This document shows, piece after piece, positions 1 to 10,934 of a stretch of 64,000 nt of DNA. The position numbers and the translations under genes are program-made. The stretch is from NCBI RefSeq assembly GCF_963921235.1, contig NC_086118.1:12526001-12590000 (forward strand), in the 5' to 3' direction. Below the pieces are notes generated by a model. It saw nothing but the letters and a program-made list of their open reading frames with translations. It did not search any database and was not told the DNA's origin. The first letter of the stretch is position 1. Every line of letters begins with the position of its first letter. The DNA comes from Mobula hypostoma. Taxonomy: Eukaryota.

Positions 1-259
1 ACCAATTCCTGAATTCTGTACCAGCCTAATCTTCAAGATAGCAATTTTAAGATGTACTGAGATTTATCATTGGGAGCTATGGGCAAAAGGAAATAGATAG
101 GGTGTAAAGAGGGGAAAGAAAATTATACAGCAAAAATAAAAGACATGGTGAAGAATATACAAAGGAATGGCCAGAACTTCCTTAGAGCAGATTATCTGTC
201 ATTATCCTAGTTCTGAACAAGGGCAATCAGTCATTAGAATTCTCTACATGAGAAGCTCT

Positions 260-557
260 ACTGTGTGGAGCGTGGCCAGACAGTTAGGACATTAGACTAG
301 TGATCTGAAGGTCGTGGATTCAAGCCTCGGTCGAGGCAGCGTGTGAATTCTTGAGCAAGGCACTTAACCACACAATGCTTCAATCAACCCAGCTGAAAGT
401 GGGTACCGGCAAAAATGCTGGGGGTTAACCTCGCGATAGACTGGCGTCCTATCCGGGGGGGGGAGTCTCGTACTTTCAGTCGCTTCACGCCACGGAAACC
501 AGCTTAAGCACTGGCCTGATGGGCCACAAGGCTTGTGACAGACTTTAATCTAACAGA
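260..557 (+). mobile_element. tRNA-derived SINE with CORE-like central block
   Basis: Box A-like TGGCCAGACAGTTAGG and box B-like GGATTCAAGCC, then CTTGAGCAAGGCACTTAACC (CORE-like). Flanked by direct repeat AGAAGCTCT (251-259 / 558-566). Confidence 0.75.
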
Positions 558-1680
558 AGAAGCTCTGTGGATGCTGGAAATCCAAAGCAACGCAAACAAA
601 ATGCTGGAGAAGCTTAACAGGCAATCAGTATCTATGGAAAATAACGAGCAGTCGACATTTTGGGCTGAGACCCTTCTTCAGCAAAGGAAGGGAGAAGATG
701 CCACAATAAAAAAGTGGGGGGGGGGGAGGGAAGGAGGATAGCTAAAAGGTGAAGCCAAGTGGGTGTGAAAGGTAAAGAGCTGGAGAGAAAGAAATCTGAT
801 AGAAGAGGAAATGGACAACGGGGGAAAAGGAAGGAGGAAGGGATCTAGGGGGGAGATGATAAACAGGTGAGAGGAGGTAAGAGGCCAGAATAGTTGAAGA
901 GGGGAGTGAGATGGATTTTTTTTTAACCAGAAGGAGAAATCAATATTCATGCCATGAAGTTGGGAGGCTACCGAGGTGGAATATAAAGTGCTCTCCTCCA
1001 CCCTGAGGCTGGCCTCATCGTGGCACAGAAGTAGGCCATGGACTGACATGTCAGAATGGGAATGGGAATTAAAACGTTTGACCACTGGGAAGTTTCGGTT
1101 TTGGCGGATGGAGTGGAGGTGCTCTATGAAGCAGTCGCACAATTTATGACACGTCTCACCAAAGTAGAGGAGGTCTCATCAGGTGCAACATTCATTGGAG
1201 TCAGCCCCAGCAGATTTGCAGGTAAAGTGTTGCCTCACTCGGAATGGAGGTGAAGGAGGAGGTGAATGGTCAGGTGTAGCAGTTTGGCTACTTACAAGGA
1301 TAACTGCCAGGAGGGAGATTAGTAGAGAAGGATGAAGGGACAATGGAATCAATCATGGAAGGAGAGATCCCTGGGAAAGCAGATAGTAGGTAGGTGGTAA
1401 AAGAAGGTTTGGTGTTAAGATCCTTTTGAAGATGGCAAAAGTTGCAGAGAATGGTATGTTGGATGTGGAGGCTCCTGGGGTAGTAGGTAAGGGCATGAGG
1501 AACTCCGTGTGGTGGGAAGATGGGGTAAGAATGGATGTTCGGGAAATGGAGGAGATGTGGGTGAGGGCAGCATCAACAGTGGAGGAAGGGAAACACTTCT
1601 CTTTGAAGGAGGAGAACACCTCTGATGTCCTGGAAAGTTGCTTCCTGGGAACAGATGTGGCAAAGACAAGGGAACTCTAC
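558..1680 (-). mobile_element. Penelope-like element (PLE), 3' portion, degenerate
   Basis: Minus ORF 678-1142 (EHLHSIRQ..FPVVKRFNSHSHSDMSVHGLLLCHDEASLRVEE..GMNIDFS) resembles the C-terminal part of a PLE GIY-YIG domain. Same family as 51020-52490. Degenerate hammerhead at about 647-684. Confidence 0.8.
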
Positions 1681-4323
1681 CTAAGTAGGATGTGTGATGG
1701 ATGTTTATTTTTCAGGGCCCAAGAGGCTTATTGCCTACCTCAGCTTTCTAGTGCAGCAGCATGACCTTTCTAAAGGGTCAAAGTTGTTTGTAGCAAAGTT
1801 AAACTTCTAACCAATATTCCTCGCTCAGCTTCATTTTGTAAACAAGCAAGCGGTAGGGTCTTGCAGGCCCTTGTTAAATCAATGTAAGACAATGGGGTTA
1901 TGTTAACTGGCCTGCATCAATCCAGACACCACTGACTAAGTTATTTGCGGCACTGTGACTGCAAAAAAACATAACATGGTGGTAAAAATTAACTAGCAGC
2001 AAAATAGTATGAATGTTAGACAGCATTGGGGATGGTCAGGAATGACAAGGAGAATGGCAGAAAGACCGGGTGACTGAAAGAAGAACTAGAATTCATTTGT
2101 CAACCTTTGCTTTCTGTGACAGATGACTCATTCGTATGTAACTTGTTGCTACATTCTTTTAGTTCATAAGAATTGTACCAGTATTTGTAAATCCTTTGTA
2201 ATTTATTAATGTTTTGTAATTTGGAAATCTTTGAAAAATCCGAAATCTTCTGTGAGTTTTAAATGTGTGTTAAGAACATTTGTCTAAATTTAAACATGTA
2301 TCATTAAAAATAAAATGAATTGTTTTTAAACTACTTTGTTAGCTGAAAGGATCTCCTTCCTCCTTGGTATGGAGGGAGGACCAACACCTCAAATTGTGGG
2401 TATTGGCAGTTAGACCTTACTGCAGGTTCTACACAGGTAAGTAAGCTAGTCTTTGAAGAATGGGTGGATACAGTATAATCTCCCTATAGTGAGGGTACCT
2501 GATGATACCTACATCAGATAGGGCTTAAAATCTCTTTTTCAGTTCAGGGCTTTATGGTCAGTGATTGTAGCCTCAATCAATAAACAGATTTAATACAGAG
2601 ATAGATGAATATTAAGGGAATTCAGATTCAGTTTAATTCATTGGCATATGCACCAATGTGCAATGAAATATTTTGCATGGATGAAGCTCCCAGAGTTAAC
2701 AGTATACATGGGAGTGATAGATACAATAATAAAAACACCAACAAGCACAAAACAGATGAATGATGCAACGATTGCAGTGATATAAGAGGTATAGCATTAC
2801 AAGAAGAAAGTGGTGTAGGGAAAGGTAAAAGACCAACCATTACGTTATTGAATGGCAGAACAAATGCAATGGGCTGAATGGGCTATTACTGAACATACAA
2901 AATATAAAAATAGTGAGAATTTTAAGATCAAGCTCATGCTTAACCTGGCATCAGTGTAGATCAGCAAGCAGAAGGTTGATGGGAAGAAATGGGGTCAATG
3001 CAAATGAAGAGACAATCAGGAGAAGATGCACAACATCACGTCTGTGATGGGCAGAAAGAGGAAGTCTGTTTGGGAGTGCAGTGGAGTAATCAAGTGTGCC
3101 TGTGGATTCCAACAGCAGATAAATCAAGACAGGGATAATGCCACCAAGATGCAAATAAGCAGTTTTAATGCAGATATGTGATTGGCAGCCCATCTAGGGG
3201 TGAAATATCTCACCAAGGCTGCAAACATTCTGGTTTGGTTTCAGCTATTCACTGTACAGGGAATTCTAACTGGTTTTACAGATTGTATTCTCACCTTGTC
3301 TGTTTTTTTTTATTTTAAATTTCTGTCAATTATGTCTGCTCCTTGGTTTGTCTCACCTGCCTATGGACAAGCACCTGTTTATGATACAGTATCTCCTGTT
3401 GAGATTCAAAAGACAGTCAGTGGGAGTTTGCATTCCATTCTCCCCTTTAGACACTTCCATTTCTTTCCTTTCCCACGTGTGAAATAAGGATGACTTCAAT
3501 CATTCATCAGTTTCCCGTTTTGTTGATTAGCCAGTCCACTCTGGCTCCTTCTTCGTTGTGTTTTATTAACATGCATGTTCCTCTTTCATATTTCTCAGAT
3601 TTGAACAGCTGTTCACCCTGAACATTAACTTTCCTGTTTATTTCACAGGTGAAAATTGCTATGTATCTGCAGTGAAAAACAAAACAAAAATCACAGATAC
3701 TGGAATTTAGAAATACAACTCAATATGCTGGGGAAAAAAACTTTGGAACTTTGAAAGGTCTAGAGTTTCTCTTACTTTCTGAATTTTTCTAACATATCAT
3801 GTTTTTATTTCATTTGCATCAACTCCTTTCACCAACAGTGCAGGATAGAGGTAAAAGACCAGCCACAAATAATTGAATGACACACCAGATATGAGAAGTC
3901 TCCATTTCTTACACTGAACTCACTCAACACTATGGGGTAAACTACCTGAATGGAGCAAAACCTGATTGTAAAGCTCTGTACAACATAGAGTTTTGCCAAT
4001 CAGGTTGTGCTAAGTCCTTAGATGTTTGTGAACATTTATTTACTCATTTTTATGGAGTTGGTCATTATTGAAGTGAGCAATATTTACAACTGCATGAGAT
4101 GCTGACTCAAGAAGGTAACATATATCATTGAAGATCTCCAGCACTGAGGCCACGCCACCTTCTCCCAAACAATCAGGTTCAAGACAGCTACTTTCCTTCT
4201 GACATTCAGTTCTTGAATCAATATGCCTTTTAACAAACTTCTATAGATGCTCAGTGGAGATTATCCTGACTGGTTACATCATGGCCCAGAACAGAAAAGC
4301 CTACAAAAAGTAGCCACATACGT

Positions 4324-5503
4324 TAAGACCATAAAATCATAAGACACAGAAGCAGAACTAGACCATTCGGCCCATTGGGTCTGCTCCACCATTCTATCTT
4401 AGCTCATCTCCCTTAACCCCATTCTCCTGCCTTCTCTCTGTAACTTTTGATGCCCTGACTAATCAAGAACCTATCAACCTTTGCTTTAAATATACCCAAT
4501 GATTTGGCCTCCACAGTCATCTGTAGCAATGAATTTCACAGATTCACCGTGTTCTGGTGAAAGAAATTCCTGCTCATCTCTATTCTGAGGCTGTGCCATC
4601 TGGTCCTAGGCTCCCCTGCTACAGGAAGCATCCTCTTCACATCCACTCTATCTAAGCTTTTCAATATTCAATAGGTTTCAGTGAGACCCCCCTCAGCCTT
4701 CTAAACTCCAGCAAGCGCAGGCCTAGAGCCATCAAATATTTCTTATATGTTAATTGCTTCATTCCCAGAACCATTCTCATGAACCTCCTCTGGATCCTCT
4801 CCATTGTCAGCATGTCCTTTTTTAGATTAGGGGCCCAAAACTACTCACAATACTCCATGCTGTCTGTCCATTGTCCATTGCCTCATAATGCCTCAGCATT
4901 ATATACTTGCTTTTATATTCTAGTACTCTCAAACTTAATGTGAACATTGCATTTGCCTTCCTTATGACTGACCCAATCTGCAAGTTAATCTTTAGGGATT
5001 CCTGCATGAGTTCTCCCAAGTACCTTAGGACTTCTGATTGTTTAAAATGTTCTCCCTGTTTAGAAAATAGCCTACACCTTTATTCCTTCCATCAAAGTGC
5101 ATGAATATATACCTCAATACAATATATTGTACTTATCATTTCTTTGTCCATTCTCCCATCTGCCTAAGTCCTTCTGCAGACTCCCTGCTTCCTCAAAACT
5201 TCCTGGTCCTCCACATATCTTTGGATTGTCTGCAAACATGGCCAGAGAAAGCCATCCAGTCAGTCATCCAAATCATTGACATACAACGTGAGAAGAAGCG
5301 GTCCCAACACCAGGCCCAGTGGAACACCACTAGTCACCAGCAGCCAAACAGAAAAGCCCCATTTATTCTCATTTTGCCTCTTGCCAGTCAGCCAACCTTT
5401 CATCCATGCTAGTATTTTTCTTGTAAGACCATGGGTTCTTATCATGTTAAGCAGCCTCATGTGCTTCACCTCATCAAAGTCCTTCTGAAAGTCCAAAATA
5501 AAG
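4324..5503 (-). mobile_element. CR1-type LINE fragment with internal deletion
   Basis: Minus ORFs FILDFQKDFDEVKHMRLL..SGVPLGLVLGPLLLTLYVNDLDD and KANAMFTLSLRVLEYKSK. CR1 3' tail (ATAAGACC-like repeats) at the left end. Confidence 0.85.
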
Positions 5504-5509
5504 CCCAGT

Positions 5510-5970
5510 CTATCACATGAAATGTCCTCTCCTTCATTGAACACATCGACAAAGAGTCCTGACACAAGAAAGCAGCATCCATCATCAAGGACCCTACCAT
5601 CCAGGCTCTGTTCTCAATGCTGCCATTGGGAATGAGGGACAGGACTCTTGGCTCCACTGTTCAGGAACAGTTTTTATCCTTCTCCCAGCATTGTTACGTT
5701 CACTCACCTCACCAATGAACTGATTGCACAACCAATGGACTCACTTTCAAGGGCTCTATAACTCATGTTTACCATATTATTTATATACTTATTTATTTAA
5801 TATTTTATTTGTTCTATTTACCTACTTTTGCACATTGGTTGGTTGTCAGTTTTTGTCTGTGTGTAGTTATTATTTGATTCTCTTGTATTTCTTGGCTCAC
5901 TGTGAATGCCTGTAAGAAAATAAACTTACATGATGACATACTTTGATTAATAAATTTACTTTGAGCTTTG
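5510..5970 (+). mobile_element. Rex1/Babar-type LINE 3' fragment
   Basis: AAAGCAGCATCCATCATCAAGGACCC..CATCCAGGC (KAASIIKDP.HPG motif) followed by the AT-rich tail shared with other copies in the window. Confidence 0.65.
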
Positions 5971-6299
5971 ACTCCTAATCACTATCTCAATATAGCAAAG
6001 CTGTGAGCACGTTGATCATTTTGCACTACAATGATTTTTTACGTCCTACCAGTGTCCTTTCCTGTAACATTTGTAAATAATTTATGATTTTCTTGTGAAT
6101 GTTGCTCACCTAATGCTGTGTGTCTGTGATGCTATCACAAGTATGTTTTTTCATTGCACCTATGCAGACACATATGCCAATAAACTCAACTTTGACTTTG
6201 ACCATGTGCATCCTGAATTGTGGCAGTCTTTTTGGTGAAGATACTTCTACTGTGCTGATGGGTAGGGAGCTATTCTTGCTCTGCTTGGATGTAGCAGTA

Positions 6300-6572
6300 G
6301 TGGCCCAACTGAGTGGCTTATTTGGCCTTTTCAAGTAAGCCACTTGAGGTCAGTCAGTTATCACACAGAGGCCAGACTGGGGAAGGGCTGACAGGTTTGA
6401 TCCCTTGAAAAGCCAAGACCAAGTCCAGTAGATTTTTACTTCATTACTTATATTAGTTGTTCCAAATTATTAACTGAATTAAAATTTTACAGCTGCAGTG
6501 GTGGGTTTGAACTCATGTCTCTGGATTTTTAGCCCTGGCCTATGACCTACGAGTCTGATAATGTAATCACTG
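6300..6572 (-). mobile_element. old tRNA-derived SINE
   Basis: Minus strand shows box B GAGTTCAAACCC near 6505-6516 and a tRNA-like head. Heavily diverged. Confidence 0.5.
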
Positions 6573-7180
6573 CCCAATCATACATCCTCTTTCCCTGTCA
6601 TCCCTACTTTCTTCCAGTTTAAACATCTCTTTCCGACTCCAACAGTAAGCTGACATTTGTAAGCATTAAAGCTACTAAAAATGCTATTTTAGCAATTCCA
6701 ACATAAAACAAATATAGCAGAAACACGAATATGATTACACACGTTTAAACTTCATTAAATCATAAAGATATAATTTACTTGATATTTATTTCTCTCAATC
6801 ACACTCTCTCTACCAGAAGTAATTTTCACATATTTCCTAATGATACAGGGAGGCCAGTCAGCCCTTTTGGTCTATGCCATCTCACAGTGCATGGCACCTG
6901 ATGATGATCATCATCATCCCAAAATCACTACACAATAGCATTAAATGATTAGGCCAACACAGCAATATTTGTATATGAATCACCAGCAAGCAACAATACT
7001 AAGCACCACTAGAATAATCCAAAACTTCCCAGCAATTGAGAAATGAGTGTGCTTGGCTATGTCCCTACCTCAAGTTTTATCAATTTGAGCTGAGAAAAAA
7101 TAAAAATACAATAGGAATAATAATAAATAACTTGAGACGAAAAGCCCTTGAGTGTGAATACATAGGTTGTAGAACAGTAC

Positions 7181-9120
7181 AAAGTAAAATTTATTTTCAC
7201 GGTACGTACATGTCACTATACACAACCCTGAGATTTTTTTTCTGCGGGCATTCTTAGCTGTAAACAGAATCAATGAACAACAAACTGCACAGATGTAAAT
7301 ATAAGTAAATAGTGATAAATAATGGCAGCATGAAATAACAACATAAAGAATCCTTAATGTGAGACTGTCAGTTGTGAGAATTCCGGAAAGAGAATGAGTG
7401 TAGTTATCCCCTTTTGTTCAAGAGCCTGATAGCTGGGGGGTAGTAATTGTTGTTGAACTTGGTGGTGTGCATCCTGAGGCACTTCTACCTGATGGCAGTA
7501 ATGAGAAAGGAGCATGGCCTGGGTCGTTAGGACCTTTGATGATGAATGCTGCCTCCCTATGGCATCATTTCACGTAGGTGTGCTCATTGCCTGGGAGGGT
7601 TTTACCCATGATGTACTGGGCCAATACACTACCTTCTGTTGGATTTTCTGCTCAAAGGCTTTGATGTTCCCATATCAGGCTGTAATGCAGCCAATCAGTA
7701 CACTTTTCATCACACATCTATAGAAGTTTGTCAAGGTTTCTGATGACATGCCAAATCAGTGCAGACTCCTGAGGAGGTAGAGACGCTGTCATGCTTTCTT
7801 TGCAATTACATTGATATGGTATGTCGAGGACAAGTTGACATTGAGCGAGAGGTTGTTGTGGCACCATTCAGCCAGGTTTTCAATCTCCCTCCTCTGTGCA
7901 GACTCAGCCAATGACAGTGGTGTCATCAGCACTGTTCCATCTAAACTGCACGAGTGCACAGCCATGCAGTAACTGAAATGCACCTACGCACATAGCCTTT
8001 GTTGCCACTCTGCTGGAATTGGGCACAGCTAGAAACATTTTAGGAAATGTGAAAGATTTTCTTTGTTGTACTGTATTTCATTACACCTTCAATTAATAAA
8101 TAAAATCAAAAGTATGTGAATTTTCAATTTTAATTCTAAAAAATATGCATAATACAAAAATAGATTTAAAATGTAGCACAGTTTTCAGGCTATGTAAAGA
8201 TGTCCTGCTCAGGGCAATGGTTGATCCATGTAAAAAAAAAGAGGGAACGTTGGTCATCAGCAAACTTAGCAAACTTAAATATGTTTCGTAGTGGAGCTGT
8301 GCCAAGCCTCAGATTCACATGTATAAAGCAGAGCAGGGAGGATAAGCATACAGCCTTGTGGTGCACCTGAGCTGATGGTGATTGTGGAGGAGATGTCATT
8401 GCCAATCCGAACTGACTGAGGTCTGCAAGTGAGGAAATCAAGGATCCAGTTGTACAAGGAGGTACTGAGGCCAAGGTCTTGAAGCTTACTGATTAGTTTT
8501 AAGAGGATGATGGTATTAAATGCTGAGCTGTAGTCAATGAAGTGTATCCTGATGCATGCACCTTCACTGTCAGATGCTCCAGAGTTGAGTGAAGAGCTGT
8601 TGTGATGCTAGGCAAACTGGAGCGGACTCAAGTCACTGCTTAAGCAGGAGTTGATTATGTTTTGCCACCAACCTCTCAAAGCACTTCATTCCAGTAGATA
8701 TAAGTGCTCCTGGATGATAGTCGTTGAGGCAGGTTACTATGTTCTCCTTGGATACTGGTATAATTGAAATCTGCTTGAAGCAGATGGGTACCTCAGACTG
8801 CAGAAGCAAGAGTACAAAGATCTCAGTGAACACTCCAGCCAGTTGATCAGTACCGGTTCCAGAGAATGTATTTGGACCACTTATGTTTTACTTGGTTGCT
8901 AGATCGGAACGCCATCGATCTGGCCCTCAGAAGATTGCAGATCTCATGGTTCATCCAGGGATTCCGGCTGGGGAAGACTGAGTGATTTCTGGGGACACAC
9001 TCATTTACAACAGTTTTTATGAAGTCCGTGACAACTGTGGTATATTCGTTCAGATCCTCTGATAAGTCTTTGAACAACCACAGTCCACCCTGAAGCAACC
9101 CTGTAGCCGCTCCCGAATTA
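7181..9120 (-). mobile_element. Rex1/Babar-type LINE fragments (RT to 3' tail)
   Basis: Minus ORFs [67 protein letters not shown] and EIENLAEWCHNNLSLNV. Interrupted at about 7930-8240. Confidence 0.85.
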
Positions 9121-9129
9121 GAGGACATG

Positions 9130-9567
9130 TACTATAACAAAATGTTGGACAAACTAGACTTGCAGCAGAGACTGAAGAGAGATCTGAAAGGTTTATAAGA
9201 TAATAAAAGGCATGGATTGAGTACACAGACAGTATCTTCTCCCGGCATTGAAATATCTAATTCTAGATGGCATGCATTCAAGGTGAGAGGAGGTAATTTC
9301 AAGGAGATGTGAGAAGCAAGTCTTTCAGACAGACAGTGGTAGGTACCCAGAATATGTTGGCTGGGGTGATGGTAGAGACAGACACATTCGGGACTTTTAA
9401 GAGAAGTTTCGATAGACACATGAATGTGAGGGAAATGGAAGGTTATGGATGTTGTGTAGACAGAGGGGATTGGTTTAGTGGGCCATTTGATTACTGATTT
9501 AATTGGTTCAGTACAATATTGTGGGTACAATGGCCTGTTTCTGTGCTGTCCCATTGTTCTATGTTCT
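9130..9567 (+). mobile_element. CR1-type LINE 3' fragment
   Basis: Ends FKRSFDRHMNVREMEGYG, then the CR1 3' UTR GGCCTGTTTCTGTGCTGT..TTCTATGTTCTA. Confidence 0.75.
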
Positions 9568-9627
9568 AAAGCTCTCAATCCATATTCACAGATGTCACTA
9601 CTATTGTTGGTAAAATCTTAATTTGTT

Positions 9628-10123
9628 CATCTGACTGGCTGCATCACAGCTGGTATGGGGGCTCCAGTGCACAGGATTGCAAAGATTGAAGAGGGTTGCA
9701 GACCTAGCTAGTCCCTCTTGGGCACAACTCTCCACACCACTGAGGACATCTTGAGGAAGTCGTGCCTCAAGAAGGTGGCATCCATCATCAAAGACTCTTA
9801 CTATTTGTGACATGACCTATTCTTTTGACCTGTAAAGGGGGGGGGGTACAGGAGAGTAAAGACCCCTTCTTAACAATTCAGAACATCTTCATCCCCTCCA
9901 TCATCAGATCAGTCCACGAAGCCTTGAACACGAGCTCATTATTATAAAGACAAGACAATTTGCAGATGCTGGAATGATCTACCACATTATGTCTTTTTAT
10001 TTTACTCTATTTATTTGTTTTGTAATTTATAGTTACTTATGACCTTCAGTGCAGCTACCACAAAGCTACAATTTTCATGTCATAGAAGACAGTGGTAATA
10101 AACCTGATTATGATTCTGATTCT
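9628..10123 (+). mobile_element. Rex1/Babar-type LINE 3' fragment
   Basis: CTGACTGGCTGCATCACAGCTGGTATGG (LTGCITAWYG), AATAAA and a (GATTCT)n tail. Confidence 0.65.
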
Positions 10124-10934
10124 AAAATCATGGCTGAATATTTTATATACATATAATATAGGTAATACTTTGCTTAAAGTTTTACATCTTACAAAAAATA
10201 CTTCTAATATCTGTTAGACCCAGGGCAATTAGTGAGGATAGTCTACTCATATAGTTTCTGTGCAGAAATCAAATTCTTCAATGTAGGATTGAAATCTTCA
10301 ATGTTTCTAGACCATTGTCAGAAATACCATCCTTCCTTTCACGCTTCTCATCTGCTGAGTACAAGAGACTGCAATGAAGAATGCATCCAGTCTCCTGCCC
10401 TGTTCATCCTCAGTGCTTGCCTTGATTGACTTGCACTGACTCATGAACAAACACCACTTTAATTTAACACTGTGCCAAATCGGGCTGCCCCGAGGGTTGG
10501 GATCTGTCTGTCTGCAGCACGTCTGGACTGGTCACAGTAGTAGAGCACTGACTCACTGAAGAAGGAGCCACATGCGCACAGTAGTTAGCCTTCAGCTTTA
10601 CATCTTTTGCTACTTTGTTTTGGTTGGATTTAGGAACATATGAAATATCAAGTACTAAAATAAAATTGTGCGGGTAAAAGATGTGGAAAGCTTTGTACTA
10701 AATAGAGGCATCAGTGAATCCTACTGTGCCATGAGACCATAAGACATAGCAGCAGAATTAGGCTATTCAGTCCATCAAGTCTGCTCCATCATTTAATCAG
10801 AGTTGATTTATTTTTCCTTTTCACCCCATTCGCCTGCTTTCTCCTCATAACCTTTGACATCCTTACAAATTAAGAATACTGTCGTTGCCACCTTAAAAAA
10901 AACCCGATTGCCCTAATACAGAGGCATTAGTAGT

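Noticed and set aside
267..335. tRNA gene
   Set aside because: No complete cloverleaf; it continues into a SINE body with a TSD. The same applies to 49516-49590.
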